A stretch of DNA of 64,000 nt. Origin: a bacterium. GTDB taxonomy: Bacteria > Patescibacteriota > Minisyncoccia > CAIUEV01. The stretch is from the NCBI GenBank assembly GCA_021779915.1, contig JAJXZR010000015.1:4521-68520 (forward strand). The letters run 5' to 3'. Below, in pieces: positions 1-7,956 of the stretch; within the stretch, counting starts at the first letter, position 1; each line of letters begins with the position of its first letter. Both the position numbers and the translations under genes were made by a program. Below the pieces are notes generated by a model. That model had not been told where the DNA came from. It saw only the letters and a list, made by a program, of their open reading frames with translations, and made no database searches.

Positions 1-1141
1 AGATTATCGGAGTGTTCCTCAAATGGTTTCGCGGATTTGTGGAACTTGTTCTATAGCCCATCTCACAGCTTGCATCGAAGCAGTAGAGAAAACTCTGGGA
101 ATCAAACCGAGTGAACAAACCATGCTCCTGCGAAAGCTCACCATGTACAGTCTGATGATTCGCGACCACGCTCTACATCTTTATTTTTTCGTTCTGCCGG
201 ATATACTCGGAATAGACTCGATTTTAGACGTTCCGGAAGACAAAAAATACCTCATTCACGAAGCGCTTCGCGTCAAAGAAGCGGGGAACAACCTTTCTAA
301 TTTGATCGCTGGACGAGCTGTTCATGCCCCTTTTGAACAAGTGGGAGGATTTTCCAAAGAAGTAGACACGACCAAAATATCTGCCATGATTGAAGAATTG
401 AAAAGCGTTCGCACTTATGTTCTCAACTTGATTGAGCTTATGGGTAATTGCATTTGGGAACTCAAAAGAAAAACCAATTTTGTAGCCATTGTCACTCCTG
501 ATTTTTCTTTCCTCGAAGGAAAAATTAAATCAGCAACCGGTGCTGAAATTGAAGAAAAAGATTATTGGAATCATCTTCACAATGTCGTCCTTCCTTATTC
601 GCAGGCTAGTGGTTTTGAATTTGAAGGGAAAGAATACATGGTTGGTGCTCTTGCAAGGCTCAATCTCAACAAAGAAAATCTCCACCCCAACACCAAAAGA
701 GATACGGAAAAATATCTAGCCCTTTTTCCATCCGAAAACGTCTACCGCAACAATCTCGCTCAAGCCATTGAAATCCTGCATTCTATCGATCACGCCATCG
801 AAATTCTTGAGACTAAAGAATTTAAAAAAGAGGAACCGGCAAAGCCAGAAAGACTGACTGGGGAAGGTGTAGGGGCAATCGAAGCTCCACGAGGAACCCT
901 TTATTATTGGCTAGGGATCAAAGAGGGAAAGATACAATACGCCAACCTCGTCATCCCTACTGCCCAAAATCTCATCAACATGAAAGAAGATATCAAAAAA
1001 ATCGTAGTGGACGCCTGCGCTCTCGAAATGAAAGAGGAAGAACTATCAGAGAAAATTCGACACGAGGTGGAAAAGCTCATTCGAGCCTATGATCCATGTA
1101 TGTCATGCGCGTCACACTTTCTCCGAGTTAATTGGAGATAG
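1..1141 (+). CDS. [NiFe]-hydrogenase large subunit, 5'-truncated by the window edge (likely cytoplasmic group 3-type)
   Basis: N-proximal RICGTCSIAH (RxCGxCxxxH Ni-binding motif) sits about 5 residues into the window ORF; it is normally about 60 aa from the N-terminus, so the gene starts upstream. The C-terminus ends in DPCMSCASHFLRV (DPCxxCxxH motif, the site of C-terminal processing). Confidence 0.85.
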   Translation, partial: DYRSVPQMVSRICGTCSIAHLTACIEAVEKTLGIKPSEQTMLLRKLTMYSLMIRDHALHLYFFVLPDILGIDSILDVPEDKKYLIHEALRVKEAGNNLSNLIAGRAVHAPFEQVGGFSKEVDTTKISAMIEELKSVRTYVLNLIELMGNCIWELKRKTNFVAIVTPDFSFLEGKIKSATGAEIEEKDYWNHLHNVVLPYSQASGFEFEGKEYMVGALARLNLNKENLHPNTKRDTEKYLALFPSENVYRNNLAQAIEILHSIDHAIEILETKEFKKEEPAKPERLTGEGVGAIEAPRGTLYYWLGIKEGKIQYANLVIPTAQNLINMKEDIKKIVVDACALEMKEEELSEKIRHEVEKLIRAYDPCMSCASHFLRVNWR

Positions 1142-1151
1142 AAAATAATCT

Positions 1152-1375
1152 GCATCATCCTCAGCGTGTCGAGCGGGTATCTAGTTAGATTCACTAATTA
1201 TTCTAATTGTACTAATTAACCTAGTTACTCTAAACAAAATCCCAAAAACCAATTCCCAAGATTTATTTTTTATTATTTGGTGCTTGGTGCTTTTTTAGGT
1301 TAATTAGTATAATTAGGTCAATTAGAATAATTTTCTATCCTCCTGGATCCCCGGTCGACACGCCGAGGATGACAC
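1152..1375. mobile_element. MITE-like nested palindromic element, subtype A (copy 1; left terminus degenerate)
   Basis: Termini catcctcagcgtgtcgagcggg ... cctggatccccggtcgacacgccgaggatgacac. The internal AT-rich inverted repeat (ctaattaacctagttactctaa ... ttaggtcaattagaataatt) is shared with the copies at 10632, 35662 and 46711. Confidence 0.6.
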
Positions 1376-1470
1376 ACTACCAATCTTACTTTGTTTAAGA
1401 AATTATGAAATTTTGTAATTGAAAATTGTTTGTCGCCTAGTCGACCCGCCTCTGGAGGGAAAATTGAAAA

Positions 1471-1860
1471 TTAGAAATTGAAAATTTTATTTATTCCCTC
1501 CACTACCTCCTCAAACACCCTCTCTTCATCCCTCACTTCCATCGGAACTCCCACAATCACCACTTCCTCCAACTCTCCAATTTTGTGGAGTAATTTCAAA
1601 TTGAATCCCAAATCAAAATCATGAAGTGAGTGAATTCTATCAGTTTTAATCTGTAAAATATCTTTAATTAAGGTCACTTTTTCAATTCCTTCGACGGTAT
1701 CAATTATAAAAAGTTTTTTGTTTTCTGGTTTTAGATTCTCACTTGGATCGAAAATTTTAAATTCGATTTTTGGAAAAATCTTTTGAAGCCTCGGGACAAA
1801 TTTGATTGGCAGACTATCAAAAGGGAGGAGGGGATTGCCAAAAATATGGATGATGGACAT
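1471..1860 (-). CDS. Hydrogenase maturation endopeptidase (HycI/HoxW, peptidase A31-like)
   Basis: 129 aa. IIDTVEG (catalytic Asp region), HSLHDFDLGFNLKLL (conserved His) and VVIVGVPMEV match the HycI pattern IVDA..MG / HN..L / VIFLGIQP. It lies next to the [NiFe] large subunit. Confidence 0.55.
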   Translation of the reverse strand: MSIIHIFGNPLLPFDSLPIKFVPRLQKIFPKIEFKIFDPSENLKPENKKLFIIDTVEGIEKVTLIKDILQIKTDRIHSLHDFDLGFNLKLLHKIGELEEVVIVGVPMEVRDEERVFEEVVEGINKIFNF

Positions 1861-1938
1861 AATTTTTAATTTTATAATTTTGTAATTTTAAATAAATCTT
1901 AATTTTTAATTTAATTTTATAAACATTAAGACCACCTC

Positions 1939-2088
1939 GTGTCATCCCGGGCTTGACCCGGGATCCAGGAGGATAATACTAGTTTAACAAAACGTTATTT
2001 TATCTAGTTTTAACAATACACATTAAAAGAACATTCTTTCAGTCTAACACTGTTTTCCTGGATCCCGGCTCAGGGGCCGGGATGACAC
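1939..2088. mobile_element. MITE-like nested palindromic element, subtype B
   Basis: gtgtcatcccgggcttgacccgggatccaggaggataatactag ... cctggatcccggctcaggggccgggatgacac. It is related to the copies at 29373, 32001 and 50377. Confidence 0.6.
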
Positions 2089-2154
2089 AAAATCACACTT
2101 TTCTTTTCTTAAAAAATTATCATAAAAGGGTGCTTTTTTGCACCCTTTCGGAAT

Positions 2155-2451
2155 TTATGCCATTTTTTGGCATTTTTTGCTTTTCGGACAAGAAAAACCA
2201 GCTTCTTTGTTAAGTCTTCCGACTTCCCTTATAATAAAATTAATACTTCCTCTTATCCTTTGCGGTTGTTGAAGAATAGGATTTTCGTGTTTAACAATTT
2301 TTTTCATGATAACCATTAGCAATTGTTTCTCTAATTGAGCCAACTCTTCCGGTGTGTCGCTGAAATTTAAAAAGAATTTATAGCCATCCTCTTCTCTGGC
2401 TATAAAACCTTCGAAAATTTTTTCTTCCAACGGTTTTTTCAAAGAACCCAT
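2155..2451 (-). CDS. Hypothetical small protein
   Basis: 98-aa ORF followed by a hairpin (aagggtgcttttttgcaccctt) at 2130-2160. No recognisable motif. Confidence 0.4.
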   Translation of the reverse strand: MGSLKKPLEEKIFEGFIAREEDGYKFFLNFSDTPEELAQLEKQLLMVIMKKIVKHENPILQQPQRIRGSINFIIREVGRLNKEAGFSCPKSKKCQKMA

Positions 2452-2474
2452 TTATATTCTCCTTTTTTAAAGTA

Positions 2475-2693
2475 CTAGGCTTCGATAATTTTTGTTCTCG
2501 ATTTAATACCCGAAATAATTTTTAACTCAGATTTGGGTTTTTGTAAATATTTAGAAACAAGTTCCAATACTTCGGCGTTGGCTTTTCCATCAACCGGCAA
2601 ACTATGCACAGAAACAATCAAGTTGCCTTCACCGAATTTCTCCACTCTTTGCCGACTCTGTTTAACTTTAACTTTAACAAAATATTTCATCAT
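2475..2693 (-). CDS. DUF167/YggU (UPF0235) family protein
   Basis: 72 aa. VSVHSLPVDGKANAEVLELVSKYLQKPKSELKIISGIKSRTKII matches the DUF167 signature (P..GKAN..L...L...L.V.KS.V.I..G..SR.K.I). Confidence 0.7.
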   Translation of the reverse strand: MMKYFVKVKVKQSRQRVEKFGEGNLIVSVHSLPVDGKANAEVLELVSKYLQKPKSELKIISGIKSRTKIIEA

Positions 2694-2698
2694 AACTT

Positions 2699-3355
2699 TT
2701 AGTTCTGAACAGGGAAATCAGGCTTAGGCATCACCTCTGCGTCTGAAGGAATATTATTACCGCGATCAGTTGAATTGCTGTTAAAATTAGGTTTATTCAT
2801 CACTCCCTCTACGGGCTGGCCAGTCACTCCTTTGTCGGTCGCCCCGATAATTGAAACAGTTGTTTGACTGGGATTATCACCGCTTTTGTCTGTTCCGATA
2901 GTTATCATTAAATTCCTTTTTTCTTTGGAAAACTTCAGGATTTTACCTGCATCTCCCAAATCCATTTCTTCGTCTTTTTTCCAGCCTTGACTAACCATAC
3001 CTTCTTTATATTTCGTCAAGGTTTCATCTATATTTTTACCAGTTCCATAAATAACCGAGAAATCGTTCTCACCCGAAGAAGCCACAAAAATCACTTTAGC
3101 ATCATCGAAAACAATAATGTCTTTGGGAAAATTGTCTGGGATCTTAGAATTTCCCATCGACAAAGAATTGCCATTTTCGTCTTTGATTGTCATTGCTTTA
3201 TTGTCAGTGTCAATTTTAACTTTCCCACCCGTTTGCGATTCAATGGTTTTTTCTATAATTTTCCCTCCCAACTGGTCTGTTAAAGAGCATCCTGATAGAA
3301 ACAACATTACACCCAAAACTCCTGCACTCAAAAACACTTTTTTTGTTTTATCCAT
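2699..3355 (-). CDS. Lipoprotein, hypothetical
   Basis: Signal peptide with lipobox MLFLSGCSL. Gly/Ser/Thr-rich mature protein. Confidence 0.6.
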   Translation of the reverse strand: MDKTKKVFLSAGVLGVMLFLSGCSLTDQLGGKIIEKTIESQTGGKVKIDTDNKAMTIKDENGNSLSMGNSKIPDNFPKDIIVFDDAKVIFVASSGENDFSVIYGTGKNIDETLTKYKEGMVSQGWKKDEEMDLGDAGKILKFSKEKRNLMITIGTDKSGDNPSQTTVSIIGATDKGVTGQPVEGVMNKPNFNSNSTDRGNNIPSDAEVMPKPDFPVQN

Positions 3356-3506
3356 TGGTTGTTGTTAATTATAAATCTGCCATTATTTTACTATCCTGAA
3401 ATAAATAAGCATAATTAGCACGACAAAAAATAAAAGCTGAATACAAAAGCAATCAATGGACGTAAAGAATACATAGACAATCATTCTTTAGGAAAATAAA
3501 ATTTAA

Positions 3507-4295
3507 ATGAATCACATTATAAAAAAATTATTCCTCATCATTCTGGCTTTCTTCGCTTTTTACACGATTCCCCATTGTTTTGCCGAAACTTCTTTCGCTT
3601 TGATCAGTGACATCCATGCTGGAAGAGAAAAAGCATACGTAACGCCTAGAAACAAAGTTAAAATCTATCCTTCAAAAGCTTTTGGCAAATTTCGGTCTGC
3701 CCTCAAAGAAATAGAGAGCCGAGGAATTAAAAACGTCATAATTTTAGGAGACTTGATCGAGAAGAAGAAAAGAGATGTAGCTTTTGCCTTAAAACTTAAG
3801 TCTGAGGTCAGTAAACATAATTTGGAGATGATTTGGGTCACTGGTAATCACGATTTAAACATTCCCTCAAACGGGAGCCCAAAATATTTCTACCAAGACA
3901 TAGATAACTACAGGGTTATAGTTCTTAATAATAATGAATTGGGCAATCCCAACGTAACGGGAGGCATTAGTGATGAGCAATACAACTGGCTTCTCGAAAC
4001 AATCAAAACAGACAAAAAAATTATTCTGGCGGGGCATCATCCGATTTTCGATTATAAAACGAGAATGTTGCTTCCTAATTATGAAAGACTTAAACAAATT
4101 ATTGACAGCAATCTTAATATTGTCGCCTATCTTTCCGGTCACTGGCATGAATCATACATCACTTGGGATAATGGAAAAGAATATCACGTTGTACCGCCTC
4201 TTACCAGTAAAGGCTACGAACTTTGGAGTCCAGAAGGAACACAACCCGCACCCACTAACCCCATTTTTTCCACTACTTCTGTTTCTGTCTTTTAA
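3507..4295 (+). CDS. Secreted metallophosphoesterase (calcineurin-like)
   Basis: Signal peptide, then SDIHAG, ILGDLIE, GNHD, AGHHP and GHWHE metallophosphatase motifs. Confidence 0.8.
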   Translation: MNHIIKKLFLIILAFFAFYTIPHCFAETSFALISDIHAGREKAYVTPRNKVKIYPSKAFGKFRSALKEIESRGIKNVIILGDLIEKKKRDVAFALKLKSEVSKHNLEMIWVTGNHDLNIPSNGSPKYFYQDIDNYRVIVLNNNELGNPNVTGGISDEQYNWLLETIKTDKKIILAGHHPIFDYKTRMLLPNYERLKQIIDSNLNIVAYLSGHWHESYITWDNGKEYHVVPPLTSKGYELWSPEGTQPAPTNPIFSTTSVSVF

Positions 4296-4390
4296 ATGAG
4301 TTATTTTCCCTCTCTGGATAATTTTGATTTATTCTTTAAACCGCCTTAGACTAAAGAAACAAAGGAAATAAAAAATAAATACCATTTTTA

Positions 4391-4639
4391 ATGGAAGATA
4401 ATAAGGAAGTTGACGTAACTCCCGAACCTTCTCAAATAAGTCTTGCTGAGGAAGCTTGTAAACTTGTTTATTTGAATTTTGGGAGGGAGGCCTCTCAACT
4501 GTATCAGGGGGGGTTTAAAGAAAAGGCCGAAAAAGAAATGCTTCAATCTTTGGAAGATTCTTTGAAAGAGCTGGTTGGACCGGAGCATACCGAGGAACAA
4601 ATGAAACATTTATGGGGAAAATACGAGAAAGACAACTAA
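4391..4639 (+). CDS. Hypothetical small acidic protein
   Basis: 82-aa ORF in an intergenic position. No motif recognised. Confidence 0.35.
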   Translation: MEDNKEVDVTPEPSQISLAEEACKLVYLNFGREASQLYQGGFKEKAEKEMLQSLEDSLKELVGPEHTEEQMKHLWGKYEKDN

Positions 4640-4710
4640 AACAAGTGAACAACGAGAATTACCTTTTAGATATAAGTTTAGGTATAATTTAGTAGTTATA
4701 ATACAAAAAA

Positions 4711-5502
4711 ATGAAAAAAAAATTACCCTTAATATTACTACTAATATTCCTGGGTGCGGTTTATGCCACTTATTTGATTTATCAAGATTACGGAAGCCTT
4801 GTGGTGCACCTATGGAATCTTGTGCCCCCCCTTATAGCTTCGTTATCAGCATTTTATGCCATCCGCATCTATGGTAGGGGCAACCCTCACGCAAAAGCCT
4901 TGTCTCTTCTTTCTTTGGGAATCTTTTTTTGGTTTCTAGGAGAATTTATCTGGTTTATCTTAGAATTCTTTTTCCATTCCTATCCTTTTCCTTCGATTGC
5001 AGACTTTTTTTATCTCCTTGCTTATCCAGTTTTACTCGCAGGATTAATTGTAGAATTTAAAAACAACAAAATAAAGTGGACTCCTCTGCGATTAACTGTT
5101 TGCGTTTCTAAATGTATCGTTTTTGCCTTACTTGTTATATATTTTGGCATCATAAAGACCTATGATCCCGGAGAAGCTTTGACAAGCAATCTCATCGCTA
5201 TGTCTTATGGGGTAGGGGATTTAGTTCTAATCATACTTTCTTCATTAATTCTGATGATCGCCCTCAACTATCAAAAGGGGAGGCTTTTTGTCCCTTGGGC
5301 CTTAGTTTTCAGCGGTTTTGTTCTCATCCTTATTTCTGACATCCTCTTTGCCATGTATCAAGAAGCCTACGAAAATCTTCTCAGCTATGCCAGAAATATA
5401 GACCTAGGTTGGATTACTGGATTTTCACTATTAGCTCTGGGTTTTTATAAAATTGGGGAATCAATTGAAGACACTAAGAAAAAACTACTGGGAATAAAAT
5501 AA
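4711..5502 (+). CDS. Integral membrane protein, hypothetical
   Basis: 263 aa with at least 7 hydrophobic segments. Confidence 0.55.
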   Translation: MKKKLPLILLLIFLGAVYATYLIYQDYGSLVVHLWNLVPPLIASLSAFYAIRIYGRGNPHAKALSLLSLGIFFWFLGEFIWFILEFFFHSYPFPSIADFFYLLAYPVLLAGLIVEFKNNKIKWTPLRLTVCVSKCIVFALLVIYFGIIKTYDPGEALTSNLIAMSYGVGDLVLIILSSLILMIALNYQKGRLFVPWALVFSGFVLILISDILFAMYQEAYENLLSYARNIDLGWITGFSLLALGFYKIGESIEDTKKKLLGIK

Positions 5503-5666
5503 GACGAGAAAATAGAATAATTAAGATTATTAATTAAATATAGACTTGGACTAGATACCTGGGTTTTTTGACTAACTTTAAAGTCTTTTTTGTTTGTTTT
5601 TTTGTTTGAGTTAATAAAAAGATCTGTTTACATAAATTGTATTTATTATTTGTAATAGAATGAACA

Positions 5667-6839
5667 ATGAATAAGAGGAAAAAAAGAAAATGGCACAAAA
5701 ATTTTTTGAAATATATGCACCTTATAATCGAACACCCCAATTATTCCAATATGCCTGAAATTTATAAAAAAAACGGGGATATAAGATGGATTACTCCTGG
5801 GAAAAGTGCAATCGGTCAAAAAAGACTTTCTTGGTGGGATGAAAAACGCAAAGAATTAAAAATAAAAAAAGAGGAGGCTTGGATATCAAAAGTTGCCAGA
5901 GCTATTCACCCAACGGGTAAAAAACCTTGTCAGATTTGCGGTAAAGAAATGAGTTTGGATTATATTTACCCAAATAAAAGGAACGGGTTCAGCCCAGGAG
6001 CGATGAGTAATGCACCGGATCGGTTTGACGGTTACCACAGTTACAATTTATGTTGCAGAAGTGCTCATGATACTGGAAGACACAAAGCTAACCTAAACCG
6101 CTATGGAGAAGACAGGCGCGCATATGAAAATTGGTCAGACGGAGATTGGAAAGCTGCAAGTTGGCTTATGAAGGTCTTTAACAAACATGGCTTAAGTCCT
6201 GATCATATTGGGCCCATATCTTTGGGTTTTTCTCATAATCCAAACTTTAATCCACTAACTCCAGCAAAAAATTCTGCAAAAAACAATAGAATGACACTTT
6301 CTGACGTGAAAATGCTTATTTCTTTAGAAAAGGAGGGGAAAAGTGTAGTTTCCTGGCATTCAAAGTATATTTGGGACATCTTAAAAAATAAAATTAAAAC
6401 CAATGCTGACGCACTAAAGCTCAGTAAAATAATGCGTAAAAATATGCATCAAGTTTTACTGGTCTTATCCGAAATTTCAAGGCAAAGGTATAATAAATTT
6501 TTAGTAAATAATTTTTTACATCCTGAATATGCTTTTTATTCTATAGAATTTAAAAAATTTAATCCCAAAACCGGTTCTTATGGGGAAATGATAAAAACAC
6601 CTGGAAAAAAGAAACAGTACGAAAATAATGCAAAGAGGTATATCAAAATTTCCCTTGAATCATTGAAGGCATACAGAAAAGTGAAAAATCGCAACACGCA
6701 AATTATTAAATCAAAAAAAATTCAAGATATGTTAGATAAAACGATATTGTTGTTGAAAGACAAAAAAACCGATAAAGCCAAATCAAGCCTTAATAAAATT
6801 TGTTCGGAGCTAGCTAATTCATTAGCTAGGGATTTTTAA
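5667..6839 (+). CDS. Putative restriction endonuclease, HNH/beta-beta-alpha-Me type with Zn ribbon
   Basis: 390 aa. Cys pairs CQICG and CCRSAH are followed by SPDHIGPISLGFSHNPN (DH..P...G/N, HNH-like). Its 3' end is convergent with, and overlaps by 14 nt, the adjacent m5C methyltransferase gene. Confidence 0.5.
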   Translation: MNKRKKRKWHKNFLKYMHLIIEHPNYSNMPEIYKKNGDIRWITPGKSAIGQKRLSWWDEKRKELKIKKEEAWISKVARAIHPTGKKPCQICGKEMSLDYIYPNKRNGFSPGAMSNAPDRFDGYHSYNLCCRSAHDTGRHKANLNRYGEDRRAYENWSDGDWKAASWLMKVFNKHGLSPDHIGPISLGFSHNPNFNPLTPAKNSAKNNRMTLSDVKMLISLEKEGKSVVSWHSKYIWDILKNKIKTNADALKLSKIMRKNMHQVLLVLSEISRQRYNKFLVNNFLHPEYAFYSIEFKKFNPKTGSYGEMIKTPGKKKQYENNAKRYIKISLESLKAYRKVKNRNTQIIKSKKIQDMLDKTILLLKDKKTDKAKSSLNKICSELANSLARDF

Positions 6840-7956
6840 ATAAAATTGTTTCATATTTTTTTGGTGAAATTTTTCCAGCAATAAATTCTTGGTATAGGCT
6901 TTTTGATTTTATCTCTTTTTTTAGTGTGTTTTCACCCCCATTGACTTTTATGGATGGGAGATTTTCTATTGCATCTTTAACTGAAATATATTTATTTTCG
7001 TTGATAATTACTTCCTGCGGATAGCATGCTCTGGGATCTCCTCTTAAGACTCCTATTATAACAACTCTCTTCCTTTTTTGAGGAACCCCAAACTTGACTG
7101 CAAACATTTTTTTTCCCTCTATTTTATATCCGAGGTTTGAAAAACTTTCTTTTACACTATTAAAAGTTTTTCCATTATTACTTGTTAAAATACCTTCGAC
7201 ATTTTCAACTAAAATTACCTTCGGCTTTATTTTCCTTACTATTTCAACAAATTCTTTAAACAAAAAATTCCTAGGATCATCCACCAACCGCTTTCCAGCA
7301 TAGGAAAATCCCTGGCAGGGAGGACCTCCAACTATAATATCTATTTTTTTGTTTTTTATACTTTCATAAAGCTTTTCTTTGATGTCTTTTTTTGTAATAT
7401 CTCCTTCGATAAGCACTGTATTTTTGTGGTTGTTTTTATACGTTTCACATGCTGATTTAAAATTATCATTAGCAACAATAATTTTGTAACCAGCCCACTC
7501 AAAGCCCTTGCTTAAACCACCTGAACCACAAAAAAGATCGAGAACATTTTTCGTGTTAGTATATTTCTTAATTTGTTTCGCAATAAAATAAGCAAGCAAG
7601 GGTGGAACGGCGTTTCCAATTTGTTTACAAAGTGAGGTTTTTGAGCCATAGAAAATATAATCATCTGGGAATGACTGTAATCTGGCCGCCTCTCGAGCAC
7701 TTATAACCCTGTCGTCTTTTGGATGAATATACGCCCCATTTCCAGGTCTATTAAAATAGGTTGTTATTGTATAACTTGGTTTATTCCAACTTAATCGTCC
7801 ATACAGAGTTGTTCTTCCACCAGTTCTTCTTATTTGTTCAAGTCTTTTTGATGGAACATTTAAGGGAATGTTTTTCCAGTTTCCACCTTCTGGAATTGCT
7901 ACAACCATCTTTAAGTCATTTTCACTGAGTGGATAAGTTACATGATTATAAAGCAT
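6826..7956 (-). CDS. DNA (cytosine-5)-methyltransferase, circularly permuted motif order
   Basis: Motif IX (RLQSFPDDY) and X (QIGNAVPP) come near the N-terminus. They are followed by motif I (LDLFCGSGG), IV (GGPPCQGFS) and VI (LVENVEG). Confidence 0.85.
   Translation of the reverse strand: MLYNHVTYPLSENDLKMVVAIPEGGNWKNIPLNVPSKRLEQIRRTGGRTTLYGRLSWNKPSYTITTYFNRPGNGAYIHPKDDRVISAREAARLQSFPDDYIFYGSKTSLCKQIGNAVPPLLAYFIAKQIKKYTNTKNVLDLFCGSGGLSKGFEWAGYKIIVANDNFKSACETYKNNHKNTVLIEGDITKKDIKEKLYESIKNKKIDIIVGGPPCQGFSYAGKRLVDDPRNFLFKEFVEIVRKIKPKVILVENVEGILTSNNGKTFNSVKESFSNLGYKIEGKKMFAVKFGVPQKRKRVVIIGVLRGDPRACYPQEVIINENKYISVKDAIENLPSIKVNGGENTLKKEIKSKSLYQEFIAGKISPKKYETILFKNP

Noticed and set aside
489-1092. 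Internal ORFs 489..719+ and 907..1092+ within the hydrogenase gene
   Set aside because: They are alternative frames inside a gene with unmistakable [NiFe] large-subunit motifs in frame 23..1141.
2987-3368. Plus-strand ORFs 2987..3283 and 3117..3368 antisense to the lipoprotein gene
   Set aside because: Fully overlapped by the 218-aa minus-strand lipoprotein ORF, which has a signal peptide with lipobox. The antisense ORFs have no features.
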